A stretch of 64,000 bases of DNA from assembly GCA_017881725.1 (NCBI GenBank), contig JADGQO010000107.1:8456-72455 (forward strand). The letters are read 5' to 3'. The translations under genes were made by a program, and so were the position numbers. The first letter of the stretch is position 1, and each line of letters begins with the position of its first letter. The notes under the pieces were generated by a model. The model ran no database searches, was not told the origin of the DNA, and saw nothing but the letters and a program-made list of their open reading frames with translations. Shown here in pieces: positions 52,046-61,447 of the stretch. This DNA is from Fibrobacteria bacterium (GTDB taxonomy: Bacteria; Fibrobacterota; Fibrobacteria; UBA11236).

Positions 52046-53566
52046 ATGCCTTCAATCCTCATTTATGCCATGTTTGGACTTTACGCCATGGCCTCCATCG
52101 GCCTGTTCACCTACGGCATCAACTGTTATTGGCTGCTGGCGCTTTTCCTGAAAAACAAACGCAAGGAAGGCGTTCACGATAAGCGGAAACTCCGTCGTTT
52201 CTATGCCGAAGGCGGCGAAGCGAAACTGCCTTTCATCACGACCCAATTGCCGGTATACAACGAACGTAACGTGATTGAGCGCCTCATCCGTTCCGTATGC
52301 GCCATGGAATATCCCCAGGGCCGCCACGAAATCCAGGTGCTGGACGATTCCACCGATGGCTCCGAACAAATTTCCATTACGTTGGTGGAGGAGATGCGCG
52401 CCAAGGGCCACGATATCGTTATCATCCATCGCACCAACCGCCATGACTATAAGGCCGGCGCGTTGAACGAAGGGATGCAGGTTTGCAAAGGCGATTATAT
52501 CGCGATATTCGACGCCGACTTCGTGCCCCCGACGGATTACTTGATGCGTTGCGCCCCGTTCTTGGCCATGGATGAAGGCATCGGCCTGGTTCAGGCGCGT
52601 TGGGGCCACTTGAACTCCCAAGAGTCCTCGCTCACTTTGGCTCAAAGCATCGGCATCGACGGACACTTCGTGATTGAACAATCCGCCCGTTCGTGGGGCC
52701 GCCTGTTCATGAACTTTAATGGCACGGCCGGAATCTGGCGCAAGTCCGCCATTGAAACCTCAGGCGGTTGGCAAGGCGATACCCTCACCGAGGACATGGA
52801 TCTTTCTTACCGCGCCCAATTGCACGGTTGGCGCATGAAATTCCTCTACGACGTGGTTGTTCCGGCTGAATTGCCCTCGGACATCAACGCGTTTAAGTCC
52901 CAGCAATTCCGTTGGGCCAAGGGTTCCATCCAAACGGCGATGAAGCTGTTGCCGCAAGTGTTGAAGTCCGACGTGGCGCTCAAGGTGAAGGTGCAAAGCA
53001 TTTTGCATACCACGCATTACATGATTCACCCGCTGATGTTGATTACCGCCTTGTTGGCCTTGCCGCTTTTGTACTGGTTCCCGTTTAAAGTCGGGACCAG
53101 CGCGTTTACAGGATTGTGCGTTTTGATTTTGATCTCGTCGCTCGCGCCCTCCATTTTGTACCTGGTCGCGCAACGGGTTTCGCGCAAAAACTGGAAAAGC
53201 CGCATCCTTTCCCTGCCGACGTTGATGGCTTTGGGTGTGGGCGTGGCGTTGAACAATACCCGGGCGGTTTTGTCGGCCCTCTCCGGCCAAAAAGGCGCGT
53301 TCATCCGTACTCCGAAAGCCGGCGATAAGATGGTGCTCCTGTATAAATCGAAATTCCCCTTCGCATCCGTCCTGGAACTGGCCATGGGCGTTTATTGCTT
53401 CATCGGCTTCGTGCACTATACTAGCGCCGAAAAGTACCTAGTTGGTCCTTTCCTGGGCCTATACGCCGTCGGATTTACCGTCGTCGGCTCCATGTCGTTG
53501 ACGCACTATTTGCGGAAGCTTTACCTGCTTCAGTTCACTCCGGCTCTGCAAGTCCAAGAAGCTTAA
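52046..53566 (+). CDS. Processive membrane GT2 glycosyltransferase (cellulose-synthase-like / CslA-type beta-glycan synthase)
   Basis: VLDDSTDGS, IFDADFVPP, TLTEDMDLSYR and QQFRWAKG (QxxRW), with N- and C-terminal TM helices. Confidence 0.85.
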   Translation: MPSILIYAMFGLYAMASIGLFTYGINCYWLLALFLKNKRKEGVHDKRKLRRFYAEGGEAKLPFITTQLPVYNERNVIERLIRSVCAMEYPQGRHEIQVLDDSTDGSEQISITLVEEMRAKGHDIVIIHRTNRHDYKAGALNEGMQVCKGDYIAIFDADFVPPTDYLMRCAPFLAMDEGIGLVQARWGHLNSQESSLTLAQSIGIDGHFVIEQSARSWGRLFMNFNGTAGIWRKSAIETSGGWQGDTLTEDMDLSYRAQLHGWRMKFLYDVVVPAELPSDINAFKSQQFRWAKGSIQTAMKLLPQVLKSDVALKVKVQSILHTTHYMIHPLMLITALLALPLLYWFPFKVGTSAFTGLCVLILISSLAPSILYLVAQRVSRKNWKSRILSLPTLMALGVGVALNNTRAVLSALSGQKGAFIRTPKAGDKMVLLYKSKFPFASVLELAMGVYCFIGFVHYTSAEKYLVGPFLGLYAVGFTVVGSMSLTHYLRKLYLLQFTPALQVQEA

Positions 53567-53601
53567 TCCGATAGCTTCGCTTAGTCCGACAGCTTAAAAA
53601 A

Positions 53602-53625
53602 GGCCTTCGCCCCTGAGCGAAGGCC
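53602..53625 (+). terminator. Stem-loop after the GT2 synthase gene (no U tract)
   Basis: GGCCUUCGC-CCCUGA-GCGAAGGCC, a 9-bp perfect stem preceded by A6 and not followed by U's. Confidence 0.35.
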
Positions 53626-53736
53626 CCGAATCCCCTTCGTTTAAGAATCCCCCTCAGTTAATCGACCCACCCTGGCGAAATCCGGCATCCCACCCGGAGA
53701 GGGTGGCTTAAGGAAGGCGTTTGCTAGATTTATAGT

Positions 53737-55107
53737 ATGTCGAGGCTGCTTTACCCCTTGCTGGTAGACCTGCGCGGAAAGTCCGTGCTTGTGGCGGGGG
53801 GCGGACGCGTCGCGGCACGCAAATTGACGGAATTATTGCACTGTGGCGCGGACGTGACCGTGGTAGCGCCTAGCCCGATTGCGGCGGTATCCAGGTTGGG
53901 CCGGGCCATACGCTTGGAGCAAAGAGCCTTTCAACCCGGCGACGTGGCCGGCAGATACCTGGTATTCGCCTGCACGGACGACTCCGCGATAAACCTCGAA
54001 ATTTCAGAATCTTGCCGCGCGGCCAACATCCTGTGCAACGTCGCCGACGCCTCGGAATCCGGATCCTTCCACGTTCCCGGCGTGTTACGTCACGGCGATG
54101 TGACGGTAACCGTCAGCACCGGCGGTTCGGCCCCGGGGCTCACGCGCCATTTGAAAAGGGTGCTGTCGGACGCGCTTGGTGGAGAAACCGCGGTGCTGGC
54201 CGCCCTGCTCGCCGAGTTCCGTACGCGGCTCCGCAGCCGGGCCGGAGCCGATGCCGTCCAACTATTGGAATCCCTACCCTATCGGCACTGGTTGGCGCGG
54301 ATCAAGGATGGGGACAAGGCCGGCGTCCTGACGGAGATGGAGGATTTATTGTCGGAGGCCGATCGGCTTGTGATTAACGATCGAACCGACTCTCCAGCCA
54401 TCGTTCATCCCGTGGTTTTGGCTGGCGCCGGACCCGGTCACCCGCAATTGCTTACCGTGCTCGCGGCCGAAGCGCTGCGTCGGGCCGAGGTCATCGTCCA
54501 TGATCGATTGATTCCCGAAGAGATCCTCCACATCGCACCGGAAAGTTGCTTATTAATCCCTGCCGGAAAGCGCGGACATTTTGAATCCGCGCGCCAGGAG
54601 GACATCGAGGCGGAATTGATCCGCTACGCGCTGGAGGGACGGCGCGTCGTGCGGTTAAAAGGCGGCGACCCTTTTATATTCGGGCGCGGCTGGGAAGAAA
54701 TTCTGGCGTTGGAAGCGCGCGGGTTGCCTTGGACGGTTATTCCCGGAGTCAGTTCGGCCACCGCAGCGCCGGCTTGGGCCGGCATTCCGCTGACCCACCG
54801 CGGTCTCGCCCGATCCTTCGCGGTCATGTCCGGCATGGCCTACGCGGAAACCAATACCGAAATACCCAGGGCCGACACCGTCGTATTGCTCATGGGCCTG
54901 CAACGCCTGGCTGAAATCGTACCGGCGTTTTTGAGCCAAGGGTGGTCGCCGGAAACACCCGTGGCCGCGATCCAGAACGGAACGCGTCCGGACCAACGCG
55001 TTTGCCGATCGAATTTGCTGGATATCGCCGCGGATACGGCCCGTCTGGGATTTGATTCTCCTACCCTGCTCGTGGTCGGGGCGGTAGCGGGCTTGGTACC
55101 GGCATGA
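53737..55107 (+). CDS. cysG: Siroheme synthase (precorrin-2 dehydrogenase/ferrochelatase plus uroporphyrinogen-III C-methyltransferase)
   Basis: N-terminal VLVAGGGRVAARK Rossmann motif, C-terminal LAGAGPGHPQLLTV...VHDRL and LKGGDPFIFGRG methylase motifs. 456 aa. Confidence 0.9.
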   Translation: MSRLLYPLLVDLRGKSVLVAGGGRVAARKLTELLHCGADVTVVAPSPIAAVSRLGRAIRLEQRAFQPGDVAGRYLVFACTDDSAINLEISESCRAANILCNVADASESGSFHVPGVLRHGDVTVTVSTGGSAPGLTRHLKRVLSDALGGETAVLAALLAEFRTRLRSRAGADAVQLLESLPYRHWLARIKDGDKAGVLTEMEDLLSEADRLVINDRTDSPAIVHPVVLAGAGPGHPQLLTVLAAEALRRAEVIVHDRLIPEEILHIAPESCLLIPAGKRGHFESARQEDIEAELIRYALEGRRVVRLKGGDPFIFGRGWEEILALEARGLPWTVIPGVSSATAAPAWAGIPLTHRGLARSFAVMSGMAYAETNTEIPRADTVVLLMGLQRLAEIVPAFLSQGWSPETPVAAIQNGTRPDQRVCRSNLLDIAADTARLGFDSPTLLVVGAVAGLVPA

Positions 55108-55227
55108 AGTTGGCGCGTCCCTATGGCAAATGGGATGATTGCCCTGTAGGCGGAAGACAACAACTCCCGTCGCAATTTGACCTGTGAATGCGCATGCGTA
55201 TGCGAAGTAAAATAAGGAACGCAAAAA

Positions 55228-55656
55228 ATGGGTAAAGTCGTGCTCACCTTGGTCTCGAAGGACAATGACATGTGCTATTTGCAGGCCTTGGCCTCCAGTC
55301 CGTCCTATTCCGCCGTGACCAGTTTTCACTGCCAAAGTAAAACCCTGGTCGAATTCGGGAAACGCATCAAAGGCTTCCCCAAATCCACCAACGAAACGGA
55401 GGAGTATTCCATCGGCGCTGGAAAGGGCAAGGCGGAATTTTCCTTTCAAGTTTACGGCAGCCTGGACAACTGCGAACTCTGGGTGCGCATCAAAGGATTG
55501 CAGGGGGAGTTGGAGCAAAACGCGGAAGCGTACTTTCCCATCGATTATCTCGACAATACCGCCATCGAAGCCTTCAGCCGCGACCTGATCAAATTGGGAA
55601 CCGGGCACACCAAGGTCGCGGAATTGAAAAACAAATTCGAAAAAGACAAAGCCTAA
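55228..55656 (+). CDS. Hypothetical protein (AT-richer orphan)
   Basis: 142-aa ORF with AAGGAA SD, 44 nt upstream of metG. No family recognised. Confidence 0.55.
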   Translation: MGKVVLTLVSKDNDMCYLQALASSPSYSAVTSFHCQSKTLVEFGKRIKGFPKSTNETEEYSIGAGKGKAEFSFQVYGSLDNCELWVRIKGLQGELEQNAEAYFPIDYLDNTAIEAFSRDLIKLGTGHTKVAELKNKFEKDKA

Positions 55657-55699
55657 CCGCCTGCGGCGGCATCATCCAACTATCCGGCGGAGCCATTTC

Positions 55700-57847
55700 A
55701 TGCAAAAGCCCCAGGGCACGTTCTACATCACCACGCCCATCTATTACGTGAACGACACGCCCCATATCGGGCATGCCTACACATCCATCCTCGCGGACGT
55801 CCTCACGCGCTTCCATAAGCTCGCGGGCGACGAAACTTTTTTCCTGACCGGGACGGACGAGCACGGCCAAAAAGTGCAACAAGCCGCAGACAAGCGCGGC
55901 GTCACCCCCAAGGAGCATTGCGACGCCTACTCCGTGCGGTTCCGCGAGGCTTGGACCCAATTGAACGTCGGCTTCGACAAGTTCATCCGCACCACGGATC
56001 CGGAGCATATCCGTTACGTGCAGGACATGCTCACCATCATGTGGGATAAAGGCCTCATTTACGAAAAAGAATATGAAGGCTGGTACTCGGTCGGCGAAGA
56101 GCGGTTCTTCACGGAAAAAGAATTGGTGGACGGCAAGGACCCGGTAAGCGGTCGACCCGTCGAGAAAATCCGCGAGAAGAATTATTTCTTCAAGATGTCG
56201 TCCTATCAGGACTGGTTGATCCAATATATCGAGGATCACCCCGATTTCATCCTGCCGGAATTTCGCCGCAACGAGGTAATGGGCTTTTTGCGCCAGCCGT
56301 TGAACGATTTATGTATCAGCCGTCCCAAGTCCCGCCTGGCTTGGGGCATCACTTTGCCGTTCGATGCGGACTATGTCGCCTATGTGTGGGTCGACGCGTT
56401 GTTCAATTACCGTAGCGCCGTGGCCGGACAGGAATTCCCCGGAGGCAAAAGCGTGTGGCCGGCGGATTTCCATCTACTCGGCAAGGACATCCTAACCACC
56501 CATGCGGTGTATTGGCCCACCTTGCTCAAAGCCGTCGACGCCCCGATGCCGCGCCATTTGTTAGCGCATGGCTGGTGGCTTTTCGATAATGCCCGCATGA
56601 GCAAGACCACCGGCAATGTGGTTAATCCCCTGGCGATGAAGGACATTTACGGCGTCGACGCGTTCCGTTATTTCCTAATCCGGGAAATGGTGCTCGGACA
56701 AGACGCCTCGTTCAGCGAAGCCGCCCTGGTGCAAAGATTGAATTCGGATTTGGCCAACGATGTTGGAAACGGCCTTTCCCGCATTCTTAAGTTGGCTGCC
56801 ACCGGCTTGGGCTCGCGCCTGACGCCCATCACTGCGCAGGGGCCAGGCGGGCCGAACATTTTTGCGGCTACGGGGGACGCCCCATTAATCGGGGACGACG
56901 AAATACACCTGCACCGCACGGCGGAAGCAACGGTGTCCTCGGCCCTGGAAAAAGTCCGGCAATTGAAGCTGTCCTTCGCCGTGGAGGACGTCCTGCAATT
57001 GATTCGTGCCGTGAACCGCTATCTGGAAATCAAAGCGCCATGGAAGCTGGCCAAAGAAGGCGAAGCGGGCAAGGCGCGGCTCAACGCGGTTTTATATCAT
57101 GCCGCGGAAGCGCTCCGGATTGGATTCACTTTGTTGCATCCCGTCATGCCGGCCAAGATGGAAGAGGCCTTGGCCGCGTTGGGAATCGGCAGCGCGCGTG
57201 ACTCTTCCCTGAACTGGGGAGCCTGGGCCGCAGAAGGTCCATTATCCTCCGGCATCAGCCTGTTTCCGCGTGTGGAAACGGCTGCAAAAACTGGCGACAA
57301 AACGGGCGGTGATGGAACCGTGTCCCCTTCGGGCCAAAGCCCAGGTAACAAGGGCGTTACCTCCGCGCCCAAGGCCGATCCCTTTTCCCTGGTTCATCTC
57401 AAGGTCGCGCAGGTGGAGTCCGTCGCGGATCATCCCAATGCCGACGCCTTATATGTATTGGAATTGCGGATAGGCGAGGAAACCCGGACCGTCTGCGCGG
57501 GATTGAAAAAGCATTTGGCAAAGGATGAGTTGCAGGGCCGTAAAGTGGTCATGGTCTACAACCTTAAACCCGCCAACCTCCGGGGCGTGGAAAGCCGGGG
57601 CATGATTTTGGCCGCCCAGGACGCGGCCGGAAAACTTTGGCCGGCCGATCCCGGGGACGCCCAATCCGGAGCGGACGTTACTGCGGAAGGCATTGCGCCG
57701 CAACCTAAAATGGATTTGACCCTGAAGGAATTTGAGAAGGCCCCCCTGCGGGTCAAATCCGGCACGGTATGGTACCGCGAACATCAATTGCGGACGTCTC
57801 AGGGCGTCGTTCTGGCAAAAGCGGAGGATGCCGCGGAGGTCCGATGA
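55700..57847 (+). CDS. metG: Methionyl-tRNA synthetase with a C-terminal tRNA-binding (Trbp111-like) domain
   Basis: TPIYYVNDTPHIGHAYT (HIGH), KMSKTTGN (KMSKS), C-terminal VAQVESVADHPNADALYVLELRIGEE. Confidence 0.95.
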   Translation: MQKPQGTFYITTPIYYVNDTPHIGHAYTSILADVLTRFHKLAGDETFFLTGTDEHGQKVQQAADKRGVTPKEHCDAYSVRFREAWTQLNVGFDKFIRTTDPEHIRYVQDMLTIMWDKGLIYEKEYEGWYSVGEERFFTEKELVDGKDPVSGRPVEKIREKNYFFKMSSYQDWLIQYIEDHPDFILPEFRRNEVMGFLRQPLNDLCISRPKSRLAWGITLPFDADYVAYVWVDALFNYRSAVAGQEFPGGKSVWPADFHLLGKDILTTHAVYWPTLLKAVDAPMPRHLLAHGWWLFDNARMSKTTGNVVNPLAMKDIYGVDAFRYFLIREMVLGQDASFSEAALVQRLNSDLANDVGNGLSRILKLAATGLGSRLTPITAQGPGGPNIFAATGDAPLIGDDEIHLHRTAEATVSSALEKVRQLKLSFAVEDVLQLIRAVNRYLEIKAPWKLAKEGEAGKARLNAVLYHAAEALRIGFTLLHPVMPAKMEEALAALGIGSARDSSLNWGAWAAEGPLSSGISLFPRVETAAKTGDKTGGDGTVSPSGQSPGNKGVTSAPKADPFSLVHLKVAQVESVADHPNADALYVLELRIGEETRTVCAGLKKHLAKDELQGRKVVMVYNLKPANLRGVESRGMILAAQDAAGKLWPADPGDAQSGADVTAEGIAPQPKMDLTLKEFEKAPLRVKSGTVWYREHQLRTSQGVVLAKAEDAAEVR

Positions 57848-58012
57848 AATATGGCTTGGAGCCTCCAATTCCCAGGTCCCCAAGGCATGTATTCCCGAAG
57901 TCACGCATCTCCCAGGTTACCGCCCTCCCCCTTCGGGTGTGGGAAACAGGGTGGTTTAGTTAGATTTGTTGGGTCAAATGAAATTCGCCCTTAGCAGAAA
58001 CGGTTCCCACGG

Positions 58013-59512
58013 ATGAGTAGTGATTTAACCCCGGAATCCAATTCCGGTTCGGACTCCTTGTCTGGCCCGGACCGTTCCCTACCTGAACTGCCCTCTTCCT
58101 CGCCGTACGCCAGCCAACCTTCCGTCCGCATCATAGAGCCCCAGCCTCCACTCCCCGACGTCACTATGGAAAGTTTCTCGCCGGCCTTGCAGGACGTCAT
58201 TCGCGCCAATGGTTGGAGCGATCTCATGCTGGTCCAGAAAAAGGCCACGCCCTATATTTTGAACGCGCAGGACATCATCGTCCAATCCAAAACCGGATCC
58301 GGAAAAACCGGCGCCTTCGTGCTTCCGCTGCTGCAAGTGATCGAAAAGAGCCACAACCGCCCGCAAGTGCTCATCATGACGCCCACGCGGGAACTGGCCC
58401 TCCAGGTGTACGAGGAAACCGTAAAGTTCGGCGCGCCCATGGGCATCAGTTCCGTAGCCGTATACGGCGGTGTGGCGTATGGCCCGCAATTGGACGCGTT
58501 CAAACGCGGCGTGCATATCGTCGTCGGCACTCCCGGCCGCCTGCTGGACCATATCATCAACGGAAACCTGAATCTCAAGTCCATCCGCGATCTGGTTCTC
58601 GACGAAGCGGATGAACTCCTGTCCATGGGTTTTTATCCCGATATGAAGCGCATCCACGGCCTGTTGCCGAAGGATCGGTGCACCTACCTGTTCTCCGCGA
58701 CCATGCCCGTCAACGTCAAACGCTTGGCGCAAGAGTTCATGCGCGGCCCCAAGTTCCTCAGCCTGTGCCCGACCGATATTTCCGTGTCCAACATGGAGCA
58801 TGTGTATTACGTGGTCGATCCGGTCGAGAAGGACAAGACCTTGTTGCGCCTCATCGAAGAGGAAAATCCCGAGTCTGCCATCATTTTTTGCAATACGCGC
58901 CGGGACACGGGCTACATCCACGAGTACCTGCGCGCGCGCGGCCTCATGGTGGGCCAGATTTCCGGTGACATCAACCAGAAGCAACGCCAAAAGGTCATGA
59001 AGGATCTGAAAGAAAACGCCATCCGCTTCCTCGTGGCCACGGACATCGCCGCCCGCGGCATCGATATCCAAGGCCTGTCACATGTTTTCATGTACGACCA
59101 TCCGGATGATCCGGAAGTGTACGTTCACCGCGCCGGCCGCACCGCCCGCGCCGGGGCTTCGGGCCAGGCCATTTCCGTCGTCGGCATGGTGGAAGAAATC
59201 GCCTTGCGCAATACGGCCGCCAAGTTCGACATCCCCTTCGTCAAAAAAACCTTGAAGACCGAAAAGGAATTGCAAACCATCATCGGGGAGCGGACGACCG
59301 TTTATCTGGAACAGGAATTCCGTTCCCTCAAACAGCAGGACCGGCAGGGCGCATCGCGCATGGTCCCATTGCTGGAAGCCTTGATCAATTCCGAAGAGGA
59401 AAAGCAAGTCTTGGGCATGATGTTGCATAAATTTTATTGGAGCCGGTTTACCGGTCTCAGCGAACCGCTCCCGAGAGCGGATGAAGAAGGCGCCGACACG
59501 CCCTCTGTTTAG
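58013..59512 (+). CDS. DEAD-box ATP-dependent RNA helicase
   Basis: SKTGSGKTGAF, PTRELA, TPGRLLD, VLDEADELL, SAT, ARGIDI, HRAGRTARAG. Confidence 0.9.
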   Translation: MSSDLTPESNSGSDSLSGPDRSLPELPSSSPYASQPSVRIIEPQPPLPDVTMESFSPALQDVIRANGWSDLMLVQKKATPYILNAQDIIVQSKTGSGKTGAFVLPLLQVIEKSHNRPQVLIMTPTRELALQVYEETVKFGAPMGISSVAVYGGVAYGPQLDAFKRGVHIVVGTPGRLLDHIINGNLNLKSIRDLVLDEADELLSMGFYPDMKRIHGLLPKDRCTYLFSATMPVNVKRLAQEFMRGPKFLSLCPTDISVSNMEHVYYVVDPVEKDKTLLRLIEEENPESAIIFCNTRRDTGYIHEYLRARGLMVGQISGDINQKQRQKVMKDLKENAIRFLVATDIAARGIDIQGLSHVFMYDHPDDPEVYVHRAGRTARAGASGQAISVVGMVEEIALRNTAAKFDIPFVKKTLKTEKELQTIIGERTTVYLEQEFRSLKQQDRQGASRMVPLLEALINSEEEKQVLGMMLHKFYWSRFTGLSEPLPRADEEGADTPSV

Positions 59513-59537
59513 ATCCACGGTAAGTTAAACACCCATT

Positions 59538-59564
59538 GGAAAACCTCAGCGACGGGGTTTTTCC
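59538..59564. terminator. Terminator-like hairpin between convergent genes
   Basis: GGAAAACC-10 nt-GG(U)UUUUCC. Confidence 0.4.
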
Positions 59565-59567
59565 GAA

Positions 59568-59810
59568 TTACTTGGGCAACGACTCCGCCTTCGCTTTCAG
59601 TTCCGCATCCGCGAGCTTGGAGCCAGCATTACCGCAATGTGGATCAATGGCCAAGGCCTTACGATAATGCTTGGCGGCGTTGATATAGTTCCCTTGCGAG
59701 AGTTCAAAATCTCCCAAATGTGACTCTTCCGAGCAATCTTGTTTGCATCCCGCCAAGCCGGCCGCCAAGACGCCCGCCAGCAATCCCAATTCGATTAAAC
59801 GCTTCAGCAT
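59568..59810 (-). CDS. Small lipoprotein with one TPR-like unit
   Basis: Lipobox AAGLAGC, then GNYINAAKHYRKALAIDP. Confidence 0.6.
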   Translation of the reverse strand: MLKRLIELGLLAGVLAAGLAGCKQDCSEESHLGDFELSQGNYINAAKHYRKALAIDPHCGNAGSKLADAELKAKAESLPK

Positions 59811-59982
59811 TTTCTGCCCCCGGTAATATTCATTCTGGAAAGGTAATCACCGCGCCGGGTCATTCCCCGCCCCATGGATCTTGGAGGCCCCCGGAGTCAC
59901 TGAGCCCTCCGGCACAACGGGTAATAGGGTATAATTTTGTAAATTATCGAAAAGCGAATCTCACATTCGCAAGGATATCTGT

Positions 59983-60735
59983 ATGAGCATTAAGATCAAA
60001 ACGGAAAAAGAAATCGGGCTGATGCGCGAGTCTTGTCTGCTCGCCGCCGAGATTTTGGCGCGGGCCGAGGAAATCGTGAAACCCGGCGTTACCACGAATG
60101 AAATCGACAAATTCGTCCATGACTATACCGTTAAAAAGGGCGCTTATCCGTCGCCGCTGAACTACCATGGTTTCCCCAAATCCGTCTGCACGTCGGTCAA
60201 CAACGTCGTGTGCCACGGCATTCCCGACAAATATGCGTTGAAGGATGGCGACATTCTGAACATCGATGTCACCTGCACCTTGCATGGATATCACGGAGAT
60301 ACATCGAAAACAGTTTTAATCGGTCAGGCTTCCAGCAAAATCAAAAAACTGGTGGACGTGACGTATCGTTGCCTGGAAGAGGGCGTAGCCGTCGCCTATC
60401 CCGGAAATTATTTCGGCGATATCGGCGTTGCCATCCAGGACTTGGCGGATGAACACGGATACGGCGTGGTACGCGAATTCTGCGGCCATGGCATCGGGCG
60501 CGGGTTTCACGAGGACCCCATGGTCCTGCATTACCGGACCGGAAGCCGGGGCCAACGAATTACGGAGGGGATGGTCTTCACCATCGAGCCGATGATTAAT
60601 GAAGGCAGTCCCGACGTTTTCGTAGCCGAAGACGGTTGGACGGTTTTTACGCGGGACGGAAAGCTTTCGGCCCAGTTCGAACACACCGTCGCCATGACAC
60701 GGAACGGTCCCGAAGTACTGACCAAGTTTTGGTGA
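59983..60735 (+). CDS. map: Methionine aminopeptidase type I
   Basis: VCHGIP, DGDILNIDV, HGYHGD, GHGIGRGFHE, FTIEPM, EHTV metal-ligand motifs. Confidence 0.95.
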   Translation: MSIKIKTEKEIGLMRESCLLAAEILARAEEIVKPGVTTNEIDKFVHDYTVKKGAYPSPLNYHGFPKSVCTSVNNVVCHGIPDKYALKDGDILNIDVTCTLHGYHGDTSKTVLIGQASSKIKKLVDVTYRCLEEGVAVAYPGNYFGDIGVAIQDLADEHGYGVVREFCGHGIGRGFHEDPMVLHYRTGSRGQRITEGMVFTIEPMINEGSPDVFVAEDGWTVFTRDGKLSAQFEHTVAMTRNGPEVLTKFW

Positions 60736-60759
60736 GCCTGGGAATCAGACCTCAGTAAC

Positions 60760-61281
60760 TCATTCGCCGGACTCGGCGTCGTCCTCTTCGTCCTCGACGG
60801 TGGGAAAGGAAATGCCGCTGGCATCGCCCCCCTTCTCCTCGATTTTCCGCTTCAGCCGGTACAGTTCGTCCAAGCGCACATGGAACCCCTTGGCATCGTC
60901 GTCGGTAATGCCTTGCAGGATGAGGAATTCGCAAACCTCGATGGCCAAATCCAGGTTCTTCTGGTTTTGATAAAAGGTGATGAGCGCCTTGGTTTGCATC
61001 GCGATGAATTTCGGATTATATCCGTACTGCTTGATGGTTTTGCGCAAGAAAGCCAGGGAGAACTGACTGAGCAGCTCCTTGTCCATTTTGGACTTGGATT
61101 CCTTGATTTTAAAAGTCAATAGATCGAGGAACTCATGCGCGACTTCGACCTTTTCGAAAAACGGGGCCGGGCCATTTTGATAGGCCGTAAATTCATTCAA
61201 CACGCCCAGATTGTCGTCGCGTAAGCCGGAGAGGAAGCGCTCCAGGATTAGATCTTTGTCCAAAGCGGCATCTTGCGCCAT
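60760..61281 (-). CDS. Hypothetical helical protein with an acidic C-terminal tail
   Basis: ATG 61281 after a GGAGGG SD. Ends ...VEDEEDDAESGE. No family recognised. Confidence 0.6.
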   Translation of the reverse strand: MAQDAALDKDLILERFLSGLRDDNLGVLNEFTAYQNGPAPFFEKVEVAHEFLDLLTFKIKESKSKMDKELLSQFSLAFLRKTIKQYGYNPKFIAMQTKALITFYQNQKNLDLAIEVCEFLILQGITDDDAKGFHVRLDELYRLKRKIEEKGGDASGISFPTVEDEEDDAESGE

Positions 61282-61341
61282 TGATTTTCGCCCTCCAGGT
61301 TTCCAATTACTGAAAATAGAAATCCAAACCCCGTCGCATGG

Positions 61342-61355
61342 ATGTGACGTCACAT
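61342..61355. promoter_or_regulatory. Perfect 14-bp palindrome ATGTGACGTCACAT upstream of the hypothetical gene
   Basis: Lies 61 to 74 nt upstream of ATG 61281 on the minus strand. Confidence 0.3.
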
Positions 61356-61447
61356 GGCGGTTTCCGTGAAGGCAGCATACCCGGAAGCGGGTTAAGCACC
61401 GGTAAAGTTCAGCTTGCGGAAAAAAATCATACTACAAAACCCCTAAA

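Noticed and set aside
54655-55608. 317-aa minus-strand ORF spanning the cysG 3' end and the orphan gene
   Set aside because: It is antisense to cysG methylase motifs, crosses an intergenic region, and has a composition typical of shadow ORFs.
58079-59071. 330-aa minus-strand ORF
   Set aside because: It is antisense to the DEAD-box helicase, which carries all the canonical helicase motifs.
61342-61355. CRP/FNR-type site reading of TGTGAcgTCACA
   Set aside because: The half-sites are separated by 2 nt rather than the 6 nt (CRP) or 4 nt (FNR) spacing. It is retained only as a generic palindrome.
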